Assembly: GCA_051294375.1 (NCBI GenBank) | Contig: CM119264.1 | Span: 9,869,907-9,933,906, forward strand | Source of the DNA: Paraspadella gotoi | Lineage: Eukaryota; Animalia; Chaetognatha | Length of the DNA stretch: 64,000 nucleotides | Reading direction: 5' to 3' | Shown: piece after piece, positions 36,249 through 51,949 of the stretch | Numbering within the stretch: position 1 is the stretch's first letter | Layout: each line of letters begins with the position of its first letter | Translations under genes and position numbers: made by a program | The notes under the pieces: generated by a model | The model's input: only the letters and a program-made list of their open reading frames with translations | Database searches by the model: none | What the model was told of the DNA's origin: nothing

Positions 36249-36572
36249 TGGCAGATTTTATCATCTTTTTTGTCAATATCTTTGTAAAAAAGATACGCAA
36301 ATGCTATAAATTTAAAAACGTTTTGGTTACTGAAATAAAGAAAAAGGATTCATGAAAAAAGTTTTTTTATTCCTAAAGATTCGGCCTGATTTTTTTTTTC
36401 TTGATACAATCATTACTTTTTCGCAATCACAGAATACTTTAAATCTTTCATCTCTGATTTAATTAAAAATTATTTCCGAAAATCCGAGAAAGAAAGAGAG
36501 AGACTGAGAGATCGTCCGACTTCCATTCATATCATTTTCCATCGTCAAACTTCTTTCCATTTCCAGCACCAT

Positions 36573-36626
<54 letters not shown>

Positions 36627-37767
36627 ACATTAAAGTTTATGCCGCGATTTGGCCTCTCGGGGTCTGGAATCCGATTGAACCCTTACCCCTTTTCCCGATC
36701 TCTCTCGTTCCGTGGATGCCGTTTGGAGCCTCGACCGACCCCGAGATTTTTTTTTTGGTGGGGGGGGGCGGCGCGAGGGGGCGTGCCGGAAGTTTAGAGA
36801 TAGAGAGAGTGAGGGAAGTGAAATGGGACAAGAGCAAAACGTGATTCGTCGATATCGTGGGTCAAGAAAGTTAAGTTAATTAATATATAGTGGAAATCGA
36901 TTTTTTTTATGATTAGAAAATTCAATTAGTTTTCTTCTCAAATTTAATTTGCACACAGCGCATGCGACCTCTAGATTTAATAATTCGCCATTCTTTATTT
37001 TTTGTGGTCTAGATAATTAATTTTTAATATCACTTCTTCAGTTCAAAATATTTTTAGTTAAATCCTGTAGAAAGTGCTCCATCTCTTTTTTTTTATAAAT
37101 CACAACTAATTACTAGTTTTAATGAGTTCACTTCCTTTCTTCGTCGCACAGTGCCCTTTTGTTTTTATAATTTTCAAATTCGCACTCAAATTTTCGTCCA
37201 ATGAAAAAGAACCGACTGCGAATTTCGTCCAATAAAAAAAAAAGCCGAGTGGACAGTTTTAGGCAAAATGGCGGCCGCGACGGGAAAAATGACGGGGATG
37301 ACGAAAAGGGAGAAGAGGTTGGTTATGGAGGGAGGGGAAAGTAGGCGGTTTATTTGGTTGGGGTTTATTTGGATTTAGATGAGTGTTAAAATATTTAGAT
37401 GACGAAAAGAGGTAATCAAATATGATAAAAAATAATAAAGAACTTGTTATTTTCAATTTATTTGGGCTAAGAAAGCAGAAAAAGAAAGAGAAAAGACGAA
37501 AAATTTGAGAAGTATATAAAAGAGAGAGAGGGAGAGAGAGAGAGTGAAAGAAAGAGAGAGAGAGACAGAGATAGAGAGAGAGACACCAAAAGACGTCGGG
37601 TTGATGAATGACTAAACAGAGAATTGAAGGAAGAACCAGACGCATGGAATTATTCCATGACGAATCATTAATAAAGAGGAAAGGAAACATAAAAAGAGAT
37701 AAGGAAAAGAGAATATAAAAGAAAAGACTGGAGGCACAAGAAATTGGGGCACATATAAGAAATAGCT

Positions 37768-37853
<86 letters not shown>

Positions 37854-38667
37854 GGGATGAAGAAGGCCTTACGACCGGAATATTGATGAGTTTTGGCGGA
37901 AAAACAAAAGGGGATCACCTCGAAACAAAAGAAAATTAATTAAACGCTATCTTTTCCTCAGAAAGATTACCTGAGAAAGGTTGCGTCTCCGGTTTCACTT
38001 TTAAAAAAAATGGGAAGAAAAAAGTAAGCAACGCCTCTGAATTGTGTTTTTCGCTCACGTCTAGCCGAGGCTTGCTCGTACTATGGTTGCCTTGTCTCTT
38101 TTTTCTTTATCTATCTTTCTTTCTTTCTTTTTTCTCTCGCTTTTTCTTTTCTCTCTTTTTTTTTTCTCTCGCTCTCTCCCTAACCCACTTTTGATTAATG
38201 CCCTTATTCTATTTTTTTCAATTCTCCCTCCCTTTCCTCTCTCTCTCTCACTAACGCTTATTATATTTCGAATCTCTCCACGTATTCCCGCGTTATACCC
38301 GAACTCAGTCTTCATAGTAGTAGATCCTCCTCCTCCTCTTCTTCTTCCTCCTCCTCCTCCTCCTCCTCCTCCTCCTCCGCCGCCTTCCCCTAAATAACAT
38401 CCCCGCTCTTTTATCTCGAGCGGTGAGCATCGCCGTCGGGGACGTGAGGCGACTCTACGACGGTCGGGAGAGGAGAGAGAGAGGAGAAAAAGTAAAAAGA
38501 AAGGGGAAAAAAGAAAAGAAAAGGCGATGGAAAAAAAAGGAAAGAAAGAAAAAGAGAGAGAAAAAAATGGGATATAGGGAGAAAAAAAACTAGCATGAGG
38601 GAGTCGAAGAGAAAAAAAAAGGAACGGGTTATATCTTTCCTCTTTTCAGATGTAAATAGGAGATGCG

Positions 38668-38767
<100 letters not shown>

Positions 38768-39931
38768 CTCGTAACGTCGTGCCAAGACTCAGGCTTCATT
38801 GTACTAGTGTCACCTGTTAGCGCATCAGTATTCGTGTTTACTGCGCTTTTTTTCCCCTCTGACTTTCGCCTCACGACTTCGCGCATCTCGACAAGGTTTG
38901 ACGCACCTCGACTAATCGTGATGCACCGTGAATCCTGATGAATCTTGATTCATCTTGACGCGTTTCTCCCCCCCCCCCAAGTCCTGAGACGGGGCGTGAC
39001 GTATTTTGTCACCACGCGACAAGCTTGGATGGATCTTGACTCATGGGGATATATTTAAGGAGGACGAGATTTCTTTTTATAACATCGATGAAATCAATAG
39101 TAATTCCTGAAAATCAGATAGCGATCAAAACAATTTTCAATTAAACATTTTGAGGTTTTTTTCAATTTTTTAATTAATTAGACAAAGCTTTGTACCTCGT
39201 ATAATTATTTTTTCTTATTTCTTTATTTACTTTTTTGTTTCCCTTTTTCCTTATTTCTTTCTTTTCTTCCTTTCCTTCCTTCTCTCCATCCTCCAAATTC
39301 AGCGACGACTCATCCCTTGGCTCCAAGGGTCAGCAACCGCGCTCGTCCTTTCGACCGATTCTTGAAAGCGAGAACAAATGAGCGAAGCACCGCGACATTT
39401 GCTTAAAAGTTCACCAGTTTCTTTATCGCTTTATCTACTCTAAAGTCGGTTTATGCAAGGATATGCGTTGTGGACTACATTGAGTTGGTTTAGGGGTAAA
39501 CAATGGGTCTTTCTGTCCGTTACAAATGGAGTCGGACAGAAAGATAGAAAAAAAAAGAACCGTACGTAAAAGAACTAAAAAATGCAGGGCTAAGAATGGA
39601 AAAAAGGGAAAATAAAAAGGAAAAGGTGGCCCCAAGAAGAAAAAAAAAACTACAAAGAAACGTTTGGCGAAAAACGAAATTTCCAACGGCGGCTGTCGGA
39701 GGGGGAGGAGACGAACGAGTCTTAGTGGAAAGGGGTGCAATGAAAAGTGTTAAGCGAGGAACTTGGGGTGGGCGGAGTGGTGGGGGGTTATTGGGGGCGT
39801 GGGGCTCTCTAGTCGCGTAAAGGACGAGGCGACAACTCTTGCCGACGTGAGACGAGAGTCGAAGAGAGAACGAGATGGCGAAACGAGAACAAAGGGCACC
39901 CGAGACGACGAAAACGCCTTCCACGCTCTCG

Positions 39932-39986
<55 letters not shown>

Positions 39987-42308
39987 CGCAGAACCGAAAT
40001 TACGAGCCTTTAACTCGATGGCTCGGGCTTGTCCCACAAATTGCCCGTAATGTCGGCGCGGATCGGGTCGAAGGGGAGAAAGGAGAAAAAAGGAGAAAGG
40101 GAGGAAGAATAATGGAGGGGAAGGTAAAGAGAGAAATAACAAGAATTACTAGAAATTAAAGTGGAAGGGAAGATGGGGAATTGGAAATGAATAAAAAAAA
40201 AAGAAAGGAAATTAAGATGAAATCAAGAATAAAAGCGGGAAAACAATTAAAAACAAACAAGACGTGTGACGATAAACAGAGATTATGATTACGTGAAAAT
40301 CAAGATTCGATCTGCCTAAATCGATTCTAAGATTTTGTGTAAATTAAAAACAAAGGTAAATAAACTCGATCTTCGCTCGTTACCCCCGACACATTCGTTG
40401 CCAAGGCGACTCTCTTTGCTGACTCAATCGCTATACTTACTGTCGCTCTTTCCCCCTCCTCATTACGAGTCTAAAATACCGGACAATTGTCGCCATGACG
40501 CGTTTCTGTCGCGAAATATCTAACGCCCAATGTAATCAATGATTCCGAAACCCATCTCACGCCACACACACGTCAAATCTCACGCCACACGCAATCAGTG
40601 TTCCCGCGTCACATCTCAAGCCACACGCAATCAAGCCTCCCGCGCTATTTCTCCCGCCACGTTTCGCCACGAAAAGCGAAGGAGGAAATCGAAGTCTCGT
40701 CTTCTCTGACAGATTATCTTTGATATCGATATAAATAACTCAAAGCTTCCTTCGCTTCGGTTCGGAGAGGCTTTTGACGCTTCTAAAGAGCCGAAGATAT
40801 TTACCGCTTCCTCCTCCTCCTCCTCTTCATCCAAGTACTTCCTTTTTATCTTCGTCCTACTCCAGTTCATCCACGTCGTCATCTTCTTCGTCCTTTACTT
40901 TTACAGCGATTGGGACAGTAATTTGAGAAATTATTAAAGATGTATAAACATTAATGAATTACATAAACTAATGGGACAAGTATTTTGATGCGGCAAAATC
41001 GTTTTCTCTGTAAAAATTAGTAAATAATTCTAGTTAAAAAAGGCTCATTGGAGGCCTTAAGAATTTTTTTTTATGAAAACTAAAGGGTTTAGAACAAATT
41101 TATTGTATCTAAACGTAATGAATAAGAACTTTTTGAATTCCGCCTATGAATATCATCTTTTGAATTATTCGATGAGGAGAGAAAATATCGTTAATGGATG
41201 AAAATGTTTAGAATTCGAAGAAAGCATTTTCGAAGAACATTTATAATAAATGATGTCGTTCACTAAAATATATTTTACTAAGAATTTTCTTCACTTGCAC
41301 TTTGCGTTCCTTTTTAGTTATATGCTGTTCTCGATGCCAAAGCCAAAGTATATAAATATAAAGCGATATAAATAAACCAAGACACTACCGGCACCAAGAC
41401 ATAGACAAAGATAAAAAGCTAACCACGAAATCCAAGTTGACGAAGAATTTATATTTCTTTTATTGCACAACGTTGAACGAACTATACACTTTATTTCTGG
41501 CATTGTGATTAACGTCGCCTGGATTTTCTCTTAGTAATCGTTTGATACTTTACATTCACCTACAAAAGGCGAAACGCCAGATGCGCGAGACGATACTTTA
41601 TACTAAAAAAATATATTTTTTACGCGTTTTCTCGCTGCTAATGGTGAGTTTTCCATTTGCGAGAAAAAAGAATTTCTTTCCATTTTTATTTTCGTTTTCT
41701 CTTCCATTTGTCCCTCGCCATGTACAGATACTTTTTTATTTTTTTTCACTCCTTTTTCTTATTTCTGCGTTTCTCCTTTTCTCCTTTTCTCCCTCGTCAC
41801 TTCCTTACCTTACTTCCTTTCCTTCCCTTCTTTCATTCCTTCCTTTCTCTCTTTTCTCCTTCTATCCTTTCCTCCGCTTCCTCCCACCGAGGGCAGAGAA
41901 ACCGACCGTGATTTACCGCGAGTTCGAGCGCGATTATTCCTCCAAATCCCGTATGTAATATGCAAAACGTTATCTTCCTCGCGAACCCCGTATGTAATAT
42001 TCAGAGCGTTATCTCCCCCGCGACCCGCGTGTAATATGGAAATCAGTGTCGTTTATAATGTGTGTATACTCGCCCCACGGCGTTGGTTTGGGGCCGCGCC
42101 AATTTTCGCGTGATTAAAAGCTCTCGGATTTAAAGCCTCGTCAATAAGCCTCTCTGATTTTTGGGCCGTAACCTATTCAAGGCTACGCCAATATTTATTC
42201 GTTGAAATTTTCGTTTAACGAAAACAAACAAAACAAAAAGCGAACGGCAACAACCCCGAGAGAGGAATAAATTTCTGGTTCGGCGATGGTGTTTGCTCTC
42301 TCTCTCTC

Positions 42309-42377
<69 letters not shown>

Positions 42378-43741
42378 TCTCTCTCTCTCTCACTCTCTCT
42401 CTCTCTCGTCGTCTGACAGATTTTACTATCGCCTTTATTTGTACGAGAGGTTTCCCCCGAGCGCTTGTCGATTCCAGTGCCACAACTCGAAACCGAAGCA
42501 AAAGTGAAACACGACGAACCACGTGAACCTCGATCCCTGTCACGTGATCACCGGGCCGTGATCCCCCAACCGTTTGGACCGACCCAAACTCAATCTCTTA
42601 TTCGGGATATTCAATGCTCGACGTCGATCCGCCATCTTTGATTCTTAATCTCTCATCGTTGGGTCATCAATCCACGACAGATTGTTAAGTCCGAGAGCGA
42701 AAAGAAAAGAGTTTAGCGAAGCAAGGAAAATTGCCTCATCCGTTCATTTCTTTTTCAAAGTCCTTGTCGCCATTTTTAAAATATTTTTTCCTACAATTAT
42801 GTATTCAAGTTTGGCGTGACCATTTAATTTTTTTCTGGCTACGATCTTTCAGCCATAACATATTGTAAATTTCTCTCGCGTCTCGACTAAAAAACAACAT
42901 CGCAGAACTCAAGAAAAAAAAAGATAATTTGATTAGCACTTTTAAAAATCTTAGCCAGTAAAATAATTTTTTTTTTTTTTTTTGGAAAAAGAAAGTCGCC
43001 ATGAAAAAAAAAAATCTTTAACCCGTGATGAATGGAACAGTGGGAAAACAACATAATAGTAGGCGTCGGAAAAGAAAGAGAAAAAAAATGAAGAAAATGG
43101 GAGAATATTTTTCACGCCATCTCGAGTTGAACCGGGAGCAAACGTTCTTCTAACGACGATTTGATGTGAGAAGATCAAGGAACCATCCGAGTGAAGAAAA
43201 AGGCGGAGACGAGAATCACAACTGCGTTCACGGGATCGGAGGGGGGGGGATGGAGGTGGGGTAGAATGTTCGGGGAATGGTGGAGGTACTTTAAATAATA
43301 TCCGTGGTTGGAGGCGAACCAGGTGGCGTGGGATTGAAATTGGAAAAATAGTTGGAAAACAGGACATTGAAAAGTTGCACATTCTTAAATTTTGCAGAAA
43401 CCGTTGCTGTTGGAAGGGGTGAATCTGGTTAGAGAGCAAATGGCGTCGTCCCGGCTTTAAGTATGTAAAAGAATGACGATATAAGAAAAACGAAACAGAA
43501 CTGATAATCTTAAACGAACGAACGAAAGAACGAAACACGTTATTTTCTCCTCTGGCGAACAAGGCTTTGTTTCTAAATCTCTCGTCGGCCTTCGTGTTGG
43601 CGGCCGGCCAGTCGGCCCGTCGGCCCCATCGGCCGGCCAGTCTCTTCTCGTTTCGCCCGCCAAGCGTTCCCCTCTATTCATTGTCTCGCGTAGACGTCCT
43701 TGGATCGAGGACGCGGGACGTCTTATAGGTGAGTTGGACGA

Positions 43742-44141
43742 ATGGTTGGAAGGCAGATTGGATTTGAAATGAGATCGATTGTTGGATGGCTCATTGGATT
43801 TGAAATGAGATCGATTGTTGGATGGCTGATTGGAATTAAAATGAGATCGATTGTTGGATGGCTGATTGGATTTAAAATGAGATTGATTGTTGGATGACTG
43901 ATTGGATTTAAAATGAGATTGTTGGTTGGATGACTGATTGGATTTAAAATGAGATCGATTGTTGGATGGCTGATTTGATTTAAAAAGAGATCGATTGTTG
44001 GATGGCTGATTGAATTTGAAATGAGATCGATTGTTGGATGGCTGATTGGATTTGAAATGAGATCGATTGTTGGATGGCTGATTGGATTTAAAATGAAATC
44101 GATTGTTGGATGGCTGATTGAATTTGAAATGAGATCGATTT
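43742..44141. repeat. 36-bp minisatellite, ~11 units
   Basis: Unit approximately GATTTGAAATGAGATCGATTGTTGGATGGCTGATTG; minus frame open as (SNQPSNNRSHFK)n in ORF 43457..44185. Confidence 0.9.
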
Positions 44142-45338
44142 GAATTTCGCAGATTTATTTTGTTGATCGATTTCGAAATTGTCATCGCTATGGAAATTTA
44201 AGCCGATAAATTTAGTACATAATGTAACATAAACAGACTACATCAAATTAAGAAAACTCAACCAGGCGTTCCGTCAGCGTGAAGAAACGTGAGATCAATA
44301 GAGACGAACTAAAATCGTCTGGGAAAATGGGAAACCACGAATGAGCCTTGAAAGAGTGGAATTTGTTTCGAGTGAGAAAATCCTCAAACCGAGAGAAACA
44401 CATCGTTTCGTATTGAGAATCCGACCAGAACTGGTTCATAACAATTTAGAATAAATCGAAAACAATATTGTTTCGTACGTGCGTTTAAATAGCGTCTTGA
44501 ACCGACGACGTGAAACTTATCAGCCGATTGGGAAAAGAAAATCGAGGACAGAAAATTCGAGACTAAACTGAAGAAAAGCAAACATAAAGAGGATTCGAAG
44601 TGGCGCCCGTCGAAGGTTATTATCCGGAATAAACTCCTTCAACGATCAACGCTCTTTTTCCTCTGTCTTCTCTTCCTTTCTCATCTCTCTCTTTCTCTTT
44701 CCTTTTTCCTCCACCTTTTCTCGTCTTCCTCGGTTGGGTTTTCTTCTTTAGAATTTAAATTTAAATTCTTATTTATATAATAACAATATTAACGCAAAAT
44801 TAAATATGTAATAAATAAGTAATTAATAAATTTAATAATAAATTTATATTTTGATAGAAAATCCATAAATTTTATGGGAGTTTAAAAGAATATCTTAAAA
44901 ATTCGGTAGGAAGATAAGAATAATATCTAACTATTTTTGATCATTTTAAAGCAAAAATAGCGACATGACTGTATCATTTGTTAGCTTTAGTCAATATTAT
45001 TCCGGATAACTTTTTAAGGTTTTAATGTTTCCCGCAGCTTCATCAGTCGTCAGTAATGTGCTTTTTAAATTCTGGTATAATATACTCAAACTTCAAATTT
45101 CTAATAACATTCCGTATCATAAAATATCTTAAATCCCAGAAAACTTAAACAAAAATCAAAAAAACAAAAACTATACAATATCGACTTCATGAGCCCCAAT
45201 ATTTTTTATCTTCATCTTCCTCTCATTGAGATGCGAAAAATGATGGTTGCGTTGAGAGCGCGCGTTTTAGAGCTAAAAATTTGGAGATTAAAAATCCAAA
45301 GAATTTGAAAAGAGAGGGAGAGAGTATGAGCAGGGCTA

Positions 45339-45380
<42 letters not shown>

Positions 45381-46206
45381 GAGGTTGGGCTAAGAATCGA
45401 CAGACCGGAAGTTTAGCGAGGCGCAGTTGCGATGACGCTTACGCTCAGCGCGGATTTCCATAAATTAATAAGGAGGAAAGACGAAGGAAGATAAGGGGAT
45501 GGTGGGCGAGGGTTGACGAGGAGTTGTTTTCGAAAAAATGGTTGGAGGGTGACAGGGTGACAGGGTGGCAGGGTGACAGGCGGGTTGTGATTTGTGGGTG
45601 GGAAAGGAGACGCAGGGCTCCAGTAGGTATCGCATTGATTTACGAAAGAAAAAATCGTTTGAATGTTTGTGAATTCCGAAATCATTCGAAAATTCGTAAT
45701 AGTGCCATAAAATGTTAATTCAATTATTTAACAGATAGTTAAGGAAACGTCTTCGTGACAAAACTATTTAGATTTTCGCACCTATCGTTTACATTTTTAA
45801 AAGCACAAACAAAGAAATTGAAAGGAAAACCGCGAAAGATAAGATTTTTGGAGAAAATATTGAAATATGATGAGAAAAAGACGGGAGGAAAAAGAAAGGA
45901 AAAAAAAAGGAAGTAAGAAGAGAAGAGGAATAAATAGTGAGAAAAAAAATTGGGTTGAGTTGTTGAAGTGATGGCAAATATTTTTCATTCGCAAATCTCG
46001 TTCGTCGTTTTGGAAGTGGAGACTTGAAACCAGGCAGAGTGACAAGGAGTGTCGCGGAGTGAAGTGGATTGACGTCTAGGGACGTGGATTGACGTGAAAG
46101 AACGTTGAGTGCCGTGCAGTGACGTAGAATGAATCTTGGGAGATTTGATTTCATGCATAGCGGTGAAGAAGAGATGATAGGAGGTGAAAAGAAAAATTAA
46201 TAGAAA

Positions 46207-46318
46207 AGAAGAGAAGGGAAGGGAAGGGAAGGGAAGGGAAGGGAAGAGAAGAGAAGAGAAGAGAAGAGAAGAGAAGAGAAGAGAAGAGAAGAGAAGAGAA
46301 GAGAGGAGAAGGGAAGAG
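46207..46318. repeat. (AAGGG)n/(AAGAG)n pentanucleotide microsatellite
   Basis: Read directly. Confidence 0.95.
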
Positions 46319-46810
46319 ATGATATATGAAAAGAAATGAAAAGAAAGAGTTGAATTTTGAAAAAGTTGAAAGTTAAAAAAAAAAGGTGATAAGAAGAGTT
46401 GAGATTAAGAGAATAAGAGAAAAAGGGAATAAGAGAATTGTGGGAAAGAGGGAAGTTGAAAAAGAGACCGAGACTAAGACGCGATGGAAGGTAAATACAT
46501 CTAAGAAGAAGAGAAAAAAAATTTGAAGAAACTGAATCGAAATGGAATCGAAAAAACTTTTTATATATCGAAAAAAATAATAAGCTCGGAATTGTGGGAC
46601 GCTTTTGGCCTCAATCCATTGTCATTTTATTATTTATCTCGATGATTGTAATACTGGGAATGCTGGAAATACTGTTAATACTGGTCTTTTTCGTTTTCCC
46701 TAACGATTTATAACCTCGATGCGTTTGCGTCACAAACGAAAAAAAAAAAACTGTTTTCGAAGTTTTAACTGGGAAACAGGAGCGAAGCCGCGGGAGAGAG
46801 AGAGAGTGAG

Positions 46811-46881
<71 letters not shown>

Positions 46882-46887
46882 GACAAA

Positions 46888-46973
<86 letters not shown>

Positions 46974-48161
46974 GGGGAGCAAAAACACTCCATTCGAACT
47001 TTCTGGCCTCGACAAAAAATTAGCGCCGTTTTCGCCCCAAAGGCAAAGCGCCCTTCTTTAGAGAAAAAAATTAAAAAGTCTCCTAAAAAATCTTTCGCCT
47101 AACAAAATATTCTCCGAGAAAAAAAAAAAGCAACAGACTAGAAAAATATTTTTCTTCCTGCAAAAATAACATATTAATTTTTTGTACTTTTTGTACTTTT
47201 TTGTATTTTTTTTTTTTTGAAGAAATAATGAGGTCACGCGATTTCTCACTAGTCGTCGGCTAATCCATAACTGCTCCAGATTTCACGGAAAAGTATATAA
47301 ATATTAATAATTAATATTAATATTATAAATTTATAACCACAGTATTCGGTGTTAACTCCTTTCGCTCGGTAATCTCCGGAATTGCGGAAAAGTTAGATAT
47401 ACTTTCAGCCAAAAAATTTTAAGATCGTTAAGTGAAATAGTTAGATTGTTATATTCTAAAAAGTCAACAGTATTTCATTTATGATTACGATCTTATCGTA
47501 TAAGATCTCACAAAACTAGAAATATCAATCCCCCCGATGCCACGTTGCAAAAACAGAGTCGAAGAGAAACCAACCCACTGCCACCCGAAATCTGTTTGTC
47601 GAGGAATTATGAGCTTCTTCCGTTCCCCCCCCCCTTCTCTTATTTTCTTTCTCTTCTTCTTCTACAATTCATTCTCTCCATCTCGCTACTCTCCCTCTAC
47701 TACTCTTTCTCTATATTTTTGTTTTTTCCCCCTTCCAGTCCCCATAACTTTGCATACTCCCCTCTTCCTCCCCGCCACCCTCTTTCCTTCCCGTCCCGGC
47801 GTGTCTCTATGTGAATCCCCTTGCCTTGCCAATGAATTTTGACAATGAGGTTAAGCGACGAAGAAATTACCTCATCTCCGAGTTTTTTCATGGTGAGGTT
47901 TCTCTCGTTTCCGGGTCTCTCTCTCTCTCTCTCTCTCCTCTCCTGCTCGTCTCTCGTCGCTTCTCTTCTCTTCTCTCTCCTCCTCACTTTCTCACTATGC
48001 TTGCCCTGTGGCCCCCACGACACGCTCTTGTGATGGAAGCCGGAGGAAATAAGAGAAAAAGGAGAGAGTAAAACCGGGAATGAGACGAGCGTCGTTGAGA
48101 TTGAAGACGACCTCCTAACTCATTCACCCATCCCCACCTCTCTCCTCTCTCTCTGCTCTCG

Positions 48162-48195
<34 letters not shown>

Positions 48196-49617
48196 TCTCT
48201 CACACAGTGTCTGGTTTGATTGGCGACGAGGTTCGCTGGACTAAACCAGCTAAAGAGGAATATGTTCTTTATCCCTCCCGGTCTCGCGTCAGCCTCCTCC
48301 TCGCGCTCATCCTCGTCCTCTTCTTCCTCCTCCTCCTCCTCCTCTTCCATCGCGTCTCGGCTTCATTCTTTTCTTTTTTCGAACTCATGAGCTTCGCCCG
48401 TTCTTCCATCCCCGCGAGCGCGGATTCTCCCGCGCTCTGCGTCCCTTGAAAAGAAAAGAGAAAGAAACTGAACGAACAAAGAAACCTACGCAAATCTGTC
48501 GGAAAAAAAAATGTAAAAACTGAGAAAAATTTTACGAAAAGGAAAAAAGTAAAAATCATCAGGATATTGCGTGAACTTTTAAATTTTAGATACCACAAAG
48601 GGTCTTGTTTCAAAACAATTAACTTTAAAAAAAAAAGCGAATCAACAGCTCGTAATAGTGTTTTTTTCTGTTTTTGTTTTTGTTTCTTTTTTTTTTGGTT
48701 TTAAGTCTTTTTCCTCCGTTCAGACGTTAATATTTTCAAAAAATTCAATCATTCGTCTGACGAGAAATCAACAAGGCGCCATTTTTTATCCTTTTCCGAC
48801 GAATACAACTATTTGTTTGTGAAGAAAAAAAAACATTTCTTTCGGTCTTTCCGTGTGTTGCTCTGTTTTCATCCAGCAAATTCTTTTATAAAAATAAAAC
48901 CAAAAAAATTTTTTCTCTTTTTTTATTAATTTTTTTTTACGCTTTGATGTTTTTTAATTTCTTTCTACTTGGTATTTTTTTTCTTCTTTTGCAGATGTCA
49001 ATCTAACCAAGTTTTTTTCCCCCGTCGGATTTGAGTCTGGAAATGTCGGCCTTTCTGGGCGTTTTTTTTTATTTCTGGCAAATTGCGATGATCCATTTCT
49101 GCCAGCGAGAAATATATTTCATCCATTCATCCTTCTCCCTCCTGTGTCCACGGAGCCAGTCCGGGTTCCAGAACCGATTATGCAATGAGCTTCCTTATTA
49201 GGCTGCGGATTATGATCCAATCTCGTCCGTAATGGACCATCTCGAGTTCATTAAACTTTAATGTGTAGTTTATCATTTACAATACTTTTTTTGTTTTGTT
49301 TTACCGTGTCTCGGCTCATAGGGCTTCTATTTTTAGATCAAAGCTGATCGCTTCCTCCTTTAAACTTCAATCTTGACGCCTCTTAAAAGATAAGTTCAGC
49401 TATGGAGCAAACTGCAAAGTCCCTAAGACCTTTTATTCCGTTGCTAAGGACCGTCTCGCAAGCCCTAAGGAGTTCTTCTTCAGTTGCTAAGGAATTTGTT
49501 TAGCCCCGAAGGAGTCGCGTGGTTGCGAAGGCCCGGGAGGGCGTCCCTCCGTCGCGACTTTCTCGACTTTAACTGCGAATCGTAAAGTCCCGAAGTTGGC
49601 GCCGCCTGTATTCGCCA

Positions 49618-51319
<1,702 letters not shown>

Positions 51320-51662
51320 ATATTTTTATATTTCATCCCGCCATTTTTTCTTCTCCCATATTTTCTTTTTAACCGAGAGATGCATTCCGTATATTTTCTT
51401 TTCTTTTTTGCCATTTTCCTCCCTAATAGCTCAAATCTATGTTTTTTCTCTAACTTTGTTGTCATATCATCTTGATTTTGGCTTCTTACTTCTTTCCTTG
51501 TCTTACTTCTCTTTCCGCTTTTATCAAACATATCTCTTTGCTTTTCTTCTCTTATTTTCTCCTCTCTTCCTTTCTCCTTTCCACTTCGTCACCTAATCTT
51601 TTTCCATCTCACTCGAGTCTCGTTGTTTTACAACTAACGTTAATGACCTGAAAGTCTCTCTA

Positions 51663-51694
<32 letters not shown>

Positions 51695-51910
51695 CTCTCT
51701 CTCTCTCTCTCCTCTCTCTTCTCTCTCTCTCTCTCTCTCCCCCCGCCGCTTCTTAGGTGCGACCCTCTGTCGCGCCTATGAGGTCCATCGCTGTTTATTT
51801 TCACGACTCAGTAGGGGACTGAATTTATTTAGAAGGCACAGGCCAGGAGAAAGAGAAAAAAAATATTCTTTTATATTCCTCTCCCTTTCCCCTTTCTTCT
51901 TTCATTTTGC

Positions 51911-51949
<39 letters not shown>

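Noticed and set aside
43742-44141. CRISPR-like array (36-bp repeats)
   Set aside because: Units are contiguous with no unique spacers, there are no cas genes, and the context is eukaryotic.
45024-45046. Minus-strand CTGATGAAGCTGCGGGAAAC hammerhead-like motif
   Set aside because: Stem II does not pair convincingly and stem III/NUH is not supported; may be chance or very decayed.
49415-49535. Three degenerate ~42-bp repeats (CCCTAAG...GTTGCTAAGG); similar small arrays at 40555-40635 and 41925-42040
   Set aside because: Ordinary short diverged minisatellites with no further structure.
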